From: Nitrospirota bacterium
Lineage (GTDB): Bacteria; Nitrospirota; JACRHJ01
DNA: 64,000 nucleotides
Assembly (NCBI GenBank): GCA_963845245.1
Contig: CAWJRJ010000017.1
Span: 160,001 to 224,000, forward strand
Direction of reading: 5' to 3'
A program made the translations under genes and the position numbers. Under the pieces are notes generated by a model that had not been told where the DNA came from, searched no databases, and was given only the letters and a program-made list of their open reading frames with translations. Below are positions 10,534 to 21,747 of the stretch, in pieces. Each line of letters starts with the position of its first letter. Position 1 is the first letter of the stretch.

Positions 10534-11607
10534 ATGCCTAATATCGGGGAAATCAGGAAGGCCATCGATGCCATCGATGACAATATCCTTGAGCTGTTAA
10601 ACCAGCGCGCGAACCTTGTAATTGAAATCGGCAGGATAAAAAAAGAGCAGAAATCCGAGTTCCACGTCCCCAACCGTGAGAAGGAGATATTAGACCGACT
10701 CACGTCCAAAAACTCCGGCCCGTTTCCAAACGAATCACTCCAGCGGGTATTGAGGGAGGTGTTTTCCGCCTCGCTTTCGCTAGAGCAGCCTATCAAGATA
10801 GCATATCTTGGCCCCAAGGCCACGTTTTCGCACCTTGCCTGCGTGCAGCAGTTCGGCTATTCCCCGCAGTACGTCCCGGTGAACAGCATAAGGGAGGTCT
10901 TCGCCGAGGTCGAGCGCGGGCTTGCGGAATACGGCGTCGTGCCTATCGAGAACTCCACCGAAGGCGTGATCAGCTACACGCTCGACATGTTCATGGAGTC
11001 TGAGCTTAAGATAGCGGCCGAGATAATGCTTGAAGTCACCGAGAACCTGATGAACAAGACCGGGAATATTGCGGACATCAAGAAGGTCTTCTCGCACCCG
11101 CAGCCGCTTGCACAGTGCAGGGGCTGGCTGGAGAGAAACCTCAAGGGCGTGCCAGTCGCCGAAGTCTCGTCGACTACCCGCGCTGCCGAGATGGCGGCGG
11201 AAGATACTTCGATCGCCGCAATCGCGAGCAAGCTCGCCGCGGAGATATACGGCCTCAAGATCATCAAGGAGCATATCGAGGACAACACTAATAACTTTAC
11301 CCGTTTCCTCGTCATCTCAAAAAAATATCCACCGAAGAGCGGCAATGACAAGACGTCCATACTCTTCTCGATAAAAGACAAGGCTGGGGCGCTCTACGAG
11401 ATGCTAAAGCCTTTCGCGGAACGCGGAATCAGCCTTACAAAGATAGAGTCGCGCCCGTCGAGGAAGAAACCCTGGGAGTATCATTTCTTCGTGGACATGG
11501 AAGGCCATTACGAAGATGAAAACGTGCGCTCAGCCATTGAAGAGCTTGAGAAGACCTGCCTCTTCGTGAAGATACTCGGGGCGTACCCGGCGGGAGAAGC
11601 AAGATGA
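10534..11607 (+). CDS. pheA: Chorismate mutase/prephenate dehydratase
   Basis: CM domain, GVVPIENS, NFTRF, ACT domain with LTKIESRP. Confidence 0.95.
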   Translation: MPNIGEIRKAIDAIDDNILELLNQRANLVIEIGRIKKEQKSEFHVPNREKEILDRLTSKNSGPFPNESLQRVLREVFSASLSLEQPIKIAYLGPKATFSHLACVQQFGYSPQYVPVNSIREVFAEVERGLAEYGVVPIENSTEGVISYTLDMFMESELKIAAEIMLEVTENLMNKTGNIADIKKVFSHPQPLAQCRGWLERNLKGVPVAEVSSTTRAAEMAAEDTSIAAIASKLAAEIYGLKIIKEHIEDNTNNFTRFLVISKKYPPKSGNDKTSILFSIKDKAGALYEMLKPFAERGISLTKIESRPSRKKPWEYHFFVDMEGHYEDENVRSAIEELEKTCLFVKILGAYPAGEAR

Positions 11608-12677
11608 GACGGATGACTATCGACGAGATATTGTCCTTGAAGCCTTATGCGCCTGGCAAGCCCATCGATGAGTTGGAACGTGAACTCGGGATTACAGGTT
11701 CCATAAAGCTCGCGAGCAACGAGAACCCTGTCGGCCCATCGCCAAAGGCTGTCGAGGCCATTGCAAAACTTCTGGGCGGACTGCACCGCTACCCGGACGG
11801 CGCCGGATTCTACCTCAAAAAAGCGATATCGGACAAGTTCGGCCACCCTATCGAGGGGATAATCCTCGGCAACGGCTCGAACGAACTGCTTGAGATTATA
11901 GTCAGGACGTTCCTCCTTGAAGGCGAGAGCGCCATAATGGCGGAACCGTCGTTCGTGGTATACAGGATGGCGGCCCAGGCCGCTGGCAGGGAGCGGGTCA
12001 TAGTACCGCTTAAGGACGGCCATCACGACCTGGAGGCAATGGCCGACAGGATTACAGATAAGACTAAGCTGATATTCATCGCGAACCCAAACAACCCCAC
12101 AGGCACGATGAACACCGCAGTACATATGGACTCGTTCATGAAGAGGGTGCCGGAGGATGTCATAGTGGTACTGGACGAGGCCTATTGCGAGTATGTCGCC
12201 TCGAAAGAATACCCCGACACCTTGGCTTATCTGAGGGCTGGCCGTAATGTCATAGCGCTCAGGACTTTCTCCAAGATCTACGGCCTTGCGGGGCTCCGGA
12301 TGGGGTACGGTTTCGCGCCTCCGGCCCTTGTAGACCTTATGAACAGGGTGCGCCAGCCGTTTAACACCAACTCCCTTGCCCAGGCCGCCGCACGGGCTGC
12401 CCTTGGGGATGAAGGCCATGTCGAAAAGTCCAGAAGAGTGAACGAGGACGGCAAGGCATTTTTATACAAAGAGCTTGGCAGGCTGGGAGTGGATTACGTG
12501 CCTACCCAGGCCAACTTCATATACATGGATTTGAAACAGGACGCAGGTGCGGTCAATGACAAACTCCTCAGGCAGGGCGTTATCATCAGGCCGATGGGCC
12601 CTACACAAATTAGGGTGACGATAGGGCTCAAAGAGGAAAACGAAAGGTTCATTGGAGCGCTTGAGAAGGTATTATGA
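11604..12677 (+). CDS. hisC: Histidinol-phosphate transaminase
   Basis: KLASNENP, NPNNPTG, DEAY, RTFSKIYGLAGLRMG. Confidence 0.93.
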   Translation: MRRMTIDEILSLKPYAPGKPIDELERELGITGSIKLASNENPVGPSPKAVEAIAKLLGGLHRYPDGAGFYLKKAISDKFGHPIEGIILGNGSNELLEIIVRTFLLEGESAIMAEPSFVVYRMAAQAAGRERVIVPLKDGHHDLEAMADRITDKTKLIFIANPNNPTGTMNTAVHMDSFMKRVPEDVIVVLDEAYCEYVASKEYPDTLAYLRAGRNVIALRTFSKIYGLAGLRMGYGFAPPALVDLMNRVRQPFNTNSLAQAAARAALGDEGHVEKSRRVNEDGKAFLYKELGRLGVDYVPTQANFIYMDLKQDAGAVNDKLLRQGVIIRPMGPTQIRVTIGLKEENERFIGALEKVL

Positions 12678-12712
12678 ATATGACTTCAAAAACTAACTAA
12701 GAGGTGAAAGAC

Positions 12713-13726
12713 ATGATTATAGTTCTAAGGCCAAAGGCCACCGCAAAACAGATAGAGCACATCGAGAAGAAGCTGAAGGAACACGGCGTAGCGGTGCACA
12801 TATCGAAAGGGACCGAGCGCACGATAATAGGAGCTATAGGCGATGAGGGTATCATCGCTGAACTTCCGCTTGCGGCCATGCCCGGCGTTGAGAAGGTGAT
12901 GCCTATACTCAAGCCCTACAAGCTCGTCTCACGCGAGTTCAGGAAAGAGAACAGCATCATAAAGGTGGGCAAGGAGACGATAGGCGGCAAGAAGATTGCT
13001 ATAATGGCCGGGCCGTGCGCCGTCGAGGGCCGCAAGAGGCTTCTCGCGGTCGGCGACGAGGTAAAAAAGTACGGGGCCAACTTCATAAGGGGCGGCGCGT
13101 TCAAGCCGCGCACATCTCCATACAGCTTTCAGGGCTTGGGAGAAGAAGGCCTCAGATATCTTGCCGAGTGCAGGGAGAGGACCGGCATGCCGGTCGTTAC
13201 CGAACTCATGGACCCGCGCGACACCGAGGTGGTGGTAAAGTACGCCGACGTCATCCAGATAGGCGCAAGGAACATGCAGAACTTCAGCCTGCTTAAAGAA
13301 GTAGGCCTGACCCGTACGACCGTGCTTTTAAAGAGGGGCCTGTCCGCCACGATCAAGGAGTTCCTCATGTCGGCGGAATACATCATGTCCCAGGGCAACC
13401 ACAATGTCGTCTTCTGCGAGAGGGGCATACGCACCTTCGAGACATATACCAGGAACACGCTCGACCTCTCTGCTGTGCCGATCCTGAAGAAGGAAAGCCA
13501 CCTCCCGGTCGTAGTCGATCCCTCGCACGGCGTAGGGATAAGGGAGTTCGTAGCTCCCATGGCCATGGCGGCAATAGCGTGCGGCGCTGACGGTATCATG
13601 GTGGAAGTCCACCAGAACCCCGAGGAGGCGTTCAGCGACGGGGACCAGTCCTTAAAGCCGAACGCATTCGGCCAGATGATAAAAGACCTGAAGGCTATTG
13701 CAAAGGTGGTCGGAAGAACCCTTTGA
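12713..13726 (+). CDS. aroF: DAHP synthase (type I-beta with N-terminal regulatory domain)
   Basis: AGPCAVE, RGGAFKPRTSPYSFQG, QIGARNMQN, CERGIRTF, DPSH. Confidence 0.93.
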   Translation: MIIVLRPKATAKQIEHIEKKLKEHGVAVHISKGTERTIIGAIGDEGIIAELPLAAMPGVEKVMPILKPYKLVSREFRKENSIIKVGKETIGGKKIAIMAGPCAVEGRKRLLAVGDEVKKYGANFIRGGAFKPRTSPYSFQGLGEEGLRYLAECRERTGMPVVTELMDPRDTEVVVKYADVIQIGARNMQNFSLLKEVGLTRTTVLLKRGLSATIKEFLMSAEYIMSQGNHNVVFCERGIRTFETYTRNTLDLSAVPILKKESHLPVVVDPSHGVGIREFVAPMAMAAIACGADGIMVEVHQNPEEAFSDGDQSLKPNAFGQMIKDLKAIAKVVGRTL

Positions 13727-14586
13727 TGGAACCACATTTTAGACAGGCTACAATAATCGGCGTGGGCCTCATCGGAGGCTCACTCGCCGGAATACTCAAG
13801 ACACGCAACATCGCGGCCTCGGTAATAGGCGTTGGCAGGGACAAGGAAAATCTCGATACGGCGGTCAGGATGGGCCTCATCGACCGCTACTTCCACGACG
13901 CCAAGAAGGGCGTCCAGGGCTCAGACCTTGTAGTCCTTTGCTGTCCCGTCGGCATATTCGAGGCGGTCGCCAAAGAGATAAAACCCTATCTGGACGACCA
14001 GGCGGTCGTAACCGACGCCGGCAGCGTGAAGGGCGCGCTCGTCGAGCGGCTCGAAGAGATATTCTACCTGAAGGCCCGGTATGTCCCTTCTCACCCAATT
14101 GCCGGAAGCGAACGCTCCGGAGCGGAGGCCGCCGACCTCAAGCTCTACGAAGGCGCGCGCTGCATAATCACCCCCACAAAGAACACAGACCTTTCCGCAC
14201 TTGAGGCCGTTACGGACCTCTGGGAGAAGGCCGGCGCCGTCGTGCAGCGGATGGACCCGTACGAGCACGACAGGGTGTTCGCGCTGGTGAGCCACCTCCC
14301 GCACGTCGCGGCGTATGCGCTCGTTTCTGCTCTTATCGGCATGGACGGCGGTGAACGCGCCATAACCTATGCCGGTGGAGGTTTCAAAGACTTCACCCGT
14401 ATCGCGGGGAGCCACCCGGACATGTGGCGGGATATCTGCATACTGAACGGCGAGAACATAATCAAGGCGCTCGACAGCTACCAGGAATCGCTCTGGAGAC
14501 TCAGGGACCTTATAGAAAAGAAAGACGGCGCGGCACTTGCGGAGGAATTCGGCAAGGCGCGCGATGTCAGGATAAAAATAAAGTAA
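13723..14586 (+). CDS. tyrA: Prephenate/arogenate dehydrogenase
   Basis: GVGLIGGS, TDAGSVK, HPIAGSE, SHLPH, FKDFTRIA. Confidence 0.92.
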   Translation: MMEPHFRQATIIGVGLIGGSLAGILKTRNIAASVIGVGRDKENLDTAVRMGLIDRYFHDAKKGVQGSDLVVLCCPVGIFEAVAKEIKPYLDDQAVVTDAGSVKGALVERLEEIFYLKARYVPSHPIAGSERSGAEAADLKLYEGARCIITPTKNTDLSALEAVTDLWEKAGAVVQRMDPYEHDRVFALVSHLPHVAAYALVSALIGMDGGERAITYAGGGFKDFTRIAGSHPDMWRDICILNGENIIKALDSYQESLWRLRDLIEKKDGAALAEEFGKARDVRIKIK

Positions 14587-15881
14587 TGGAGAGCATGAAG
14601 ATAATGCCCTCCGGGCCGCTGACCGGCTCGGTCAGGGTACCGGGTGATAAATCGATATCGCACCGCTCAGTGATGTTCGGCGCTATTGCCGATGGAGTGA
14701 GCAGGGTATCCGGATTCCTCACCGGCGAAGACAGTATAAACTCTGCAAAGGCACTGTCCCAGATGGGTGTGACAATCGAGGGACTGGGCGGTAGCGACCT
14801 TGTCATACACGGCGTCGGCCTTGACGGGCTCAAGGAGCCCAAAGGCGTCCTCGACCTGGGCAACTCGGGTACGAGTATAAGGCTTCTGTCCGGGTTGCTT
14901 GCAGGGCAGGGTTTCTCCTGCACCATGACTGGCGATGAATACTTGCAGAAAAGGCCGATGGGCAGGGTGATAAAGCCGCTTGGTCTCATGGGCGCCGATA
15001 TTACCGGCACGGGCGAAAAACAATGCCCTCCGCTTCATATAGGACCGCCCAAAAATGGACGACTGACCGGGATAGATTACATCTCGCCAATTGCAAGCGC
15101 ACAGGTAAAGTCGGCGGTGCTCCTGGCTGGCCTCCTTGCCGAAGGCACTACCTCCGTGACCGAGCCGATGAAGTCACGCGACCATACCGAACGCATGCTT
15201 CGGTACATGGGGGTTGACGTGCTTGAGGACGGCCTTAAGGTGAAGGTCAAGGGCGGCAGCAGGCTTACTGCAAGGGAGTTCTCTGTGCCGGGCGACCTGT
15301 CGTCAGCGGCGTTCCTCATAGTGGCCGGGGCTATCGTTCCGGGTTCGAGGTTGGTCATTAAAGACGTCGGCATAAACCCGACACGCACCGGGATCATAGA
15401 TATACTCAGGCTGATGAACGCGGCGATAACGGTGGACAACCCGAACGAAAACGGTCCGGAACCTGTAGCCGATATAATCATAGAACACTCCGACCTCAGG
15501 GGTATCGATATAGGCGGCGAGCTTTTCCTGAGGGCGATAGACGAGTTCCCCGCGATATGCATTGCCGCTGCCGCTGCATCGGGCGTGACGGTCATAAAGG
15601 ATGCGGCGGAACTTCGGGTAAAGGAGTCGGACAGGATATCCGCAATGGCGCGCGAGCTTGAGAAGGTCGGCGTCGCCGTGCGCGAGACTCCGGACGGGAT
15701 AATCATAGAAGGCGGCAGACCCATCAGGTCTGCAGAAGTGGACAGCCACGGAGACCACAGGGTCGCTATGGCCATGGCGGTCGCCGCGCTGATTTCGGAC
15801 GACGGCATCATGATAAACGATACTGAATGTATAAACACTTCATTCCCGGGTTTCGAGAGCCTGCTTGAAGGGCTGAGATAA
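14586..15881 (+). CDS. aroA: EPSP synthase
   Basis: PGDKSISHR, GNSGT, SAQVKS, RDHTE, LRVKESDRI, DHR; ATG overlaps the tyrA stop. Confidence 0.95.
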   Translation: MESMKIMPSGPLTGSVRVPGDKSISHRSVMFGAIADGVSRVSGFLTGEDSINSAKALSQMGVTIEGLGGSDLVIHGVGLDGLKEPKGVLDLGNSGTSIRLLSGLLAGQGFSCTMTGDEYLQKRPMGRVIKPLGLMGADITGTGEKQCPPLHIGPPKNGRLTGIDYISPIASAQVKSAVLLAGLLAEGTTSVTEPMKSRDHTERMLRYMGVDVLEDGLKVKVKGGSRLTAREFSVPGDLSSAAFLIVAGAIVPGSRLVIKDVGINPTRTGIIDILRLMNAAITVDNPNENGPEPVADIIIEHSDLRGIDIGGELFLRAIDEFPAICIAAAAASGVTVIKDAAELRVKESDRISAMARELEKVGVAVRETPDGIIIEGGRPIRSAEVDSHGDHRVAMAMAVAALISDDGIMINDTECINTSFPGFESLLEGLR

Positions 15882-15882
15882 C

Positions 15883-16569
15883 ATGGCAGTTCAGGTAATA
15901 GTAGCCATCGACGGCCCATCGGGGGCCGGTAAGAGCACCGTCGGCAAGATGTTGGCGCGGGAGTTGGGCTACATCTACATAGACACCGGTGCAATGTACC
16001 GGGCTCTCGGCTGGAAAGCCGTGAAGGAAGGCGTCAAGCTTAAGGAGGGTCCGGAACTGAAAGACCTCTGCTCGCGCACTGACGTGACTCTGAGGCAGGA
16101 TAGCGGCGAACTCAGGGTTTATGTCGACGGCGAGGACGTGTCCCCGTACATACGTACGCCCCAGATGAGCATGGCGGCATCTGCCATATCGGCCCAACCG
16201 TCAGTCCGTGCAAGGCTGCTTGAACTCCAGAGACAGATGGGCAGAGGCGGCGGCGTCGTATTGGAGGGTAGGGATATAGGCACAGTGGTATTTCCTGAGG
16301 CCGGGGCCAAGTTCTACCTCGATGCCGACCCGGTCCAGAGGGCAGAGAGGCGTTACGCTGAGCTAAAGGCCAAGGGCGAGGACGTATCGCTTGAGCGTAT
16401 TATAGAGGAAGTAAAAAAGAGGGACTACGACGACAGCCACAGGGCGATTGCGCCCCTGAAAAAAGCCGACGATGCGGTGGTAGTAGACTCATCGCGCATG
16501 TCCGCCGAGGAGGTCGTAAGCTTCATGAAGGCGAAGATAAAAGAAGTCGCCTGCGGCGTGGACGAATGA
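15883..16569 (+). CDS. cmk: Cytidylate kinase
   Basis: AIDGPSGAGKST, DTGAMYR, EGRDIGTVVFP. Confidence 0.95.
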   Translation: MAVQVIVAIDGPSGAGKSTVGKMLARELGYIYIDTGAMYRALGWKAVKEGVKLKEGPELKDLCSRTDVTLRQDSGELRVYVDGEDVSPYIRTPQMSMAASAISAQPSVRARLLELQRQMGRGGGVVLEGRDIGTVVFPEAGAKFYLDADPVQRAERRYAELKAKGEDVSLERIIEEVKKRDYDDSHRAIAPLKKADDAVVVDSSRMSAEEVVSFMKAKIKEVACGVDE

Positions 16570-17189
16570 AATATAAATATCTAGTCTATGACCTCGGCCA
16601 TATAATGTTCTTTGTCCTGTTCAAATTGTTTTTCCGCTATAAAGTAATCGGGGGCGGGAACATACCGAAAAAAGGGCCGGTGATCTTTGCAAGCAACCAC
16701 GGTAGCTTCCTTGACCCGCCTTTAATAGGCGCCGGGATATGGCGTCGCGTAAATTACGCCGCCAGGGAGGACCTTTTCGGCAACTGGTGGAAGAGCTTCA
16801 TCCTTAAGGAATGGGGCTCTATCCCTATCAGTCGTGACCGTTTGGACAAGGCCACGCTGAAGTCCATCCTTGCGCCTCTAAAAAGAGGCGAGATACTGAC
16901 CATCTTTCCTGAAGGCACCAGGAGCCCCGACGAAAACCTGGGGCCAGCCAAGCCCGGAATCGGGATGATAGTATCACTGGCGAAATGCCCGGTAATCCCC
17001 GTTTACATAAACGGTAGTTGGCGTACGTTAGGCAAGGTGCACAAGAAGCTGAGGATGATGCCGATATCCGTAATATTCGGCGAACCGATTGTTTTCGAGA
17101 AGACGGAAGGCGAATCCGGCCATGATATGTACCAGCGTATAACCGATGAGATAATGGCCGGGATAGAAAAACTTAAAAAGGGGGTTTGA
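16566..17189 (+). CDS. plsC: 1-acyl-sn-glycerol-3-phosphate acyltransferase
   Basis: NHGSFLD and FPEGTRS motifs. Confidence 0.88.
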   Translation: MKYKYLVYDLGHIMFFVLFKLFFRYKVIGGGNIPKKGPVIFASNHGSFLDPPLIGAGIWRRVNYAAREDLFGNWWKSFILKEWGSIPISRDRLDKATLKSILAPLKRGEILTIFPEGTRSPDENLGPAKPGIGMIVSLAKCPVIPVYINGSWRTLGKVHKKLRMMPISVIFGEPIVFEKTEGESGHDMYQRITDEIMAGIEKLKKGV

Positions 17190-17294
17190 CAAGTATTGCT
17201 GGTATTATGGAAGCATATGTGATATATTACTATTTTGCGTTTTTCAAGCTTTCGTAAAAGCTTAAGATAAAAAAACCGGGAGGTAAGCAGTCTG

Positions 17295-19052
17295 ATGAGC
17301 AACGAGGAAAAAGAACTGGCGATGGATTACTCCGCCGAAGACGACAACTACGACACGTTTAATGATGAGGTGGAGGAAGAAGGCCAGGATGAGATGGCCC
17401 GTCTCTACGAAGAGTCCTTCAAGAGCGTGGAAGAAGGCAGCGTAGTAAAGGGCAAGGTAATACAGGTAAGGCAGGACGGCATAGTAGTAGACGTGGGCTA
17501 CAAGTCCGAGGGTATCATCCCCATCGACGAGGTAAACCCCAAGGAACTGGCTGGCATAAAGGTCGGCGACTATATTGAGGTATATCTTGAGGAGCGGGAG
17601 GATTCCGAAGGCAACATAGTCCTGTCGAAGGAAAAGGCCGACAAGATAAAGATATGGGAGCAGATTGAAGAGGCCTGCAACGAGGAGAGGGTCGTCTCCG
17701 GCAAGGTCGTCGCAAGGATAAAGGGCGGCATGACGGTGGACATAAACGGCGTCAAGGGCTTCCTGCCCGGCTCGCAGGTTGACCTCAGGCCTGTCCGCAA
17801 CCTCGATTCCCTCATTGGCCAGACTTTCGACCTTAAGGTTCTCAAGGTCAACCAGAGAAGGGGCAACATAGTCCTTTCGAGGCGCGCGCTCCTCGAAGAG
17901 GTAAGGGACAAGAAGAAGACCGAGACACTCTCAACCCTTGCAGAGGGTGCGGTGATCGAAGGCATAGTAAAGAATATAACCGAGTACGGTGCGTTCATAG
18001 ACCTGGGCGGCATCGACGGCCTGCTTCATATCACCGACATGTCATGGGGCCGCGTAAGCCACCCGTCGGAACTCTTCATGGTCGGCGACAAGGCCAAGGT
18101 CATGGTACTCAAGTACGACAGGGAGAACGAGAAGGTATCCCTGGGCTCCAAGCAGCTCTCTTCCGACCCGTGGGCCGGCGCCGACACCAAGTACCCGGTC
18201 GGCACCAGGGTGCGCGGCAAGGTTGTCAGCCTCACCGACTACGGCGCGTTCGTGGAGCTTGAGCAGGGCATTGAGGGTCTCGTTCACGTTTCCGAGATGT
18301 CCTGGACCCAGAAGGTCCGCCACCCGTCGAAGGTCCTCGGTATGGGCGACATTATCGACGCGGTCGTGCTCTCCATCGACAAGAACAACAAGCGCATATC
18401 GCTTGGCATGAAGCAGATAGAGCCGAACCCGTGGGACGTCATAGCCGAGAAGTACCCTGTCGGCTCCAGGATAGAGGGCAAGGTCAGGAACCTCACCGAC
18501 TTCGGCGCGTTCGTCGGTCTGGAGGAAGGCATCGACGGCCTCATCCACATCTCCGACATCTCCTGGACCAAGCACTTGAAGCACCCTTCAGAAGTCCTGA
18601 AAAAGGGCCAGAAGGTGGACGCTGTCGTGCTGTCGGTGGACAGGGAGAAGGAAAGGCTTTCGCTTGGCCTCAAGCAGCTATCTTCCGACCCGTGGGACTA
18701 CGATATCCCCAACACCTACAAGGTCGGCGAGAACGTCTCCTGCAAGGTGATAAAGATCACCGACTTCGGCGTCTTTGTCGAGCTTGAAGGCGGGGTAGAG
18801 GGGCTCATCCACATATCAGAGATTGACAAGGATGCACACGCCAAGGTCGAAGACCTCCTGAAACTCGACGACGAGGTTACCGCCAAGATAATAAAGGTGG
18901 ACACCGCCGAGCGTAAGATAGGTCTTTCCATAAAGGCGCTCAAGAAGGAGCAGGAAAGAGGCGAGCAGGACAATTATTCCGGCTCGCAGGACAAGTTCGA
19001 CAAGTCGCTTGGCGCAAGGATAAAAGACGCCGAGCAGGACCAGTCCGAATAA
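17295..19052 (+). CDS. rpsA: 30S ribosomal protein S1
   Basis: Six S1 repeats (YGAFIDLGGIDGLLHITDMSW etc.); lies downstream of cmk. Confidence 0.97.
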   Translation: MSNEEKELAMDYSAEDDNYDTFNDEVEEEGQDEMARLYEESFKSVEEGSVVKGKVIQVRQDGIVVDVGYKSEGIIPIDEVNPKELAGIKVGDYIEVYLEEREDSEGNIVLSKEKADKIKIWEQIEEACNEERVVSGKVVARIKGGMTVDINGVKGFLPGSQVDLRPVRNLDSLIGQTFDLKVLKVNQRRGNIVLSRRALLEEVRDKKKTETLSTLAEGAVIEGIVKNITEYGAFIDLGGIDGLLHITDMSWGRVSHPSELFMVGDKAKVMVLKYDRENEKVSLGSKQLSSDPWAGADTKYPVGTRVRGKVVSLTDYGAFVELEQGIEGLVHVSEMSWTQKVRHPSKVLGMGDIIDAVVLSIDKNNKRISLGMKQIEPNPWDVIAEKYPVGSRIEGKVRNLTDFGAFVGLEEGIDGLIHISDISWTKHLKHPSEVLKKGQKVDAVVLSVDREKERLSLGLKQLSSDPWDYDIPNTYKVGENVSCKVIKITDFGVFVELEGGVEGLIHISEIDKDAHAKVEDLLKLDDEVTAKIIKVDTAERKIGLSIKALKKEQERGEQDNYSGSQDKFDKSLGARIKDAEQDQSE

Positions 19053-19071
19053 TCCATTTATGGAGACAGGT

Positions 19072-19968
19072 ATGAAAAAGAAGCCGTTGGCTATACTTGT
19101 CATAGGATCCATAGTAGCTGTTGTTATATTGATCGCACTGTCGACCGGCGCCTCCCTCTTTCTGGGAGAGGCGCCGGTTGTTTCCTCGGACAAGGTCGCA
19201 CTTATAAAGATCGAGGGTGTCATACTCGATTCGACGGATGTGATCGAACAGCTTAAGAAATACGGTAAGAACTCCTCGGTGAAGGCGATAATCCTACGCA
19301 TAGACAGCCCGGGCGGTGCGGTAGTCCCGTCCCAGGAGATATACGAGGAAGTAAGGAAACTGAAGGCCCGCACCAACCAGAAGATTATCACCTCCATGGG
19401 CACGGTTGCGGCATCCGGCGGCTACTATATAGCTGCTGCCTCTGACAGGATCGTGGCAAACCCCGGGACCCTTACGGGAAGTATCGGCGTCATAATGGAG
19501 TTCGCTTCCGCTGAAGAGCTTATGAACAAGTTAGGCGTCAAGAGCGAGGTGATAAAGAGCGGCGACAAAAAAGACGTCGGCAACTTCATGCGTACCATGA
19601 AACCTGAGGAAAAGGAATACCTCCAGAAGGTCATCGGCGACGTGCATGACCAGTTTGTGGAGGCTGTGTCCGAGGGCCGGAAGATGAAGAAGGAAGATAT
19701 TATCCCGATTGCCGACGGCGGAGTCTTTACAGGCAGGCAGGCCAAGGCTATAGGGTTGGTGGATGAACTCGGGGACCTTGAGGATGCGGTGAGGATTGCC
19801 GGGAAGATGGCCAATATATCGGGCGAGCCGAAGGTGATCACGGAAGATAAAAAATACGGTTTCTGGGATGTTTTGAGGGGTAAGGACGCGAGCAACCTGT
19901 TCAAGGGCGTGCTTCCTAAAAACCTTCAGACCCTCATGTACCTCTATGCGGCTCCATCCATGAGATAA
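19072..19968 (+). CDS. sppA: Signal peptide peptidase SppA (S49)
   Basis: RIDSPGG, AASGGYY, TGSIGV. Confidence 0.93.
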   Translation: MKKKPLAILVIGSIVAVVILIALSTGASLFLGEAPVVSSDKVALIKIEGVILDSTDVIEQLKKYGKNSSVKAIILRIDSPGGAVVPSQEIYEEVRKLKARTNQKIITSMGTVAASGGYYIAAASDRIVANPGTLTGSIGVIMEFASAEELMNKLGVKSEVIKSGDKKDVGNFMRTMKPEEKEYLQKVIGDVHDQFVEAVSEGRKMKKEDIIPIADGGVFTGRQAKAIGLVDELGDLEDAVRIAGKMANISGEPKVITEDKKYGFWDVLRGKDASNLFKGVLPKNLQTLMYLYAAPSMR

Positions 19969-20086
19969 AATACCATATCTTTAGTCTTGACAAAGGGTTA
20001 GGGATATGATATTTAAATTACACTAAAAAAAGCGCCGGTTCGGCGGAAATCATATCTAGTTTATAGAATAGTCATCAGGGGGGTAT

Positions 20087-20365
20087 ATGACCAAGGCGGA
20101 ACTGGTTGAGAAGGTCTCTGAAAAAGTGGACGGCCTGACCAAGAAACAGACGGAAGTTATTATAAATACAATCTTTGACAGCATCAAGGATGCCCTTTCA
20201 ACCGGGGATAAGATAGAGATACGCGGCTTCGGCAGCTTCAAGATACGCTCCAGGAAGCAGCGCGAGGGCAGGAACCCGAAGACAGGTTCCCCCGTCTCAG
20301 TACCCGCAAAGAAGGTGCCGTTCTTCAAGGCCGGAAAAGAGCTCAAGGAGCTTGTGGATAATTAG
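20087..20365 (+). CDS. ihfB: Integration host factor beta / HU family protein
   Basis: IEIRGFGSF, GRNPKTG, VPFFKAGKELKE; rpsA-sppA-ihfB synteny. Confidence 0.9.
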   Translation: MTKAELVEKVSEKVDGLTKKQTEVIINTIFDSIKDALSTGDKIEIRGFGSFKIRSRKQREGRNPKTGSPVSVPAKKVPFFKAGKELKELVDN

Positions 20366-20389
20366 CAGCCATATAGAAAGTTTTTAATC

Positions 20390-20425
20390 AGGCAGGGTAT
20401 CTCTTGGGACTCCCTGCCTTTTTTT
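20390..20425 (+). terminator. Intrinsic terminator after ihfB
   Basis: AGGCAGGG...CCCTGCCT followed by a T run. Confidence 0.7.
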
Positions 20426-20461
20426 ATTTGTACTCGGCCAGATATACAACTACGGGGTCAT

Positions 20462-21735
20462 GTGAAAGACAGCAGGGATATGTTGGGCAGACAGGGTGTA
20501 ACCACGGTCGAGGATGCGCGCAGGGTTTTCCTGGAGTCGTTCCTAATGCCGCAGCCTGCCACCGAAAATGTCGGTTTGGTCGAGGCGCTTGGTAGGGTGC
20601 TTGCGTCTGACATAGTCTCCAAAATCGCGCTGCCTGACTTCGCGCGGTCGTCCATGGACGGTTACGCCGTCATGGCAATGGATACATACGGGGCGACGGA
20701 ATCACTGCCCGCATATCTGAAAGTCTCCGGCGAAGTACTGATGGGCGAGATTCCGGCGATACCCCTCCAAAAAGGCTCCGTTATCAGGATATCGACAGGT
20801 GGGATGCTGCCGCCGGACGCCGATGCGGTGGTGATGCTTGAGAATACCCAGAGGCTGGATGCGGGAGAGGTGGAGGTATCGAAACCCGTCGCCCCCGGAG
20901 AAAACGTCGTCCAGAGAGGCGATGACGTTAAGGAGGGAGAAAGGATACTTGGCGCGGGCCACCGCCTCAGGCCGCAGGACCTCGGGGCACTTGCAGGCAT
21001 CGGCGTGACTGAGGTCGAGGTATTCAAGCGGCCGACGGTCGCCATCATAAATACCGGAAACGAGATAATGGAGCTGACAGGGTTCCTCTGCCGGGACAGG
21101 TGCGGGATGTAAACTCCTATAACCTGGCCGGGCTTGTGGTCCAGTCCGGTGGCTTACCCGTGAAGAAAGGGATATACCGCGACGAATATGCGGCTATCAG
21201 GAAGGCAGTCGAAGAGGCCGTCGCAACCAGCGATGTCGTGGCAATCACCGGCGGTAGCTCGGTCGGCACGGGTGACCTGACCGCGAAGGTGATAAACGAC
21301 CTCGGGCCTCCCGGCGTGCTCGTCCACGGCGTTTCCGTGCGGCCTGGCAAGCCTGTTATAATTGGAATAGCGGCAGGCAAGCCTGTCTTCGGTCTGCCAG
21401 GGCATCCGGTTGCAGTCACCGTGAGCTTTGAGCTGTTCCTGATGCCGCTAATAAAGCGTTTGTCGGGTGAAATTGATAAGCTTGGGATTGCGGGCATACC
21501 TCAGGCGAGGGTGATAACGGCAAGGATGAGCAGGAACTATTCATCCGCCCAGGGCAGGGAGGACCACCTGAGGGTGGCATTGGAGCGCCGTGATGGGGAA
21601 CTTTGGGCCGTGCCGGTGCTGGGGAAGTCCGGGCTTATATCCACCCTTGTAAAGGCGGACGGGACGGTTGTCGTCCCGCTTGCCAAGACCGGCCTTGAAA
21701 AGGGCGAACGTGTCGAAGTCAGACTCTTCGAATAA
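20462..21735 (+). CDS. moeA: Molybdopterin molybdotransferase (frameshift near 21080)
   Basis: SSMDGYAV, ISTGG, TGNEI / DVNS, TGGSSVG, RPGKP, LPGHP. Confidence 0.9.
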
Positions 21736-21747
21736 AGGGAGGTGACC

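Noticed and set aside
17900..18950. Nucleotide repeats within rpsA
   Set aside because: Explained by the S1 domain repeats
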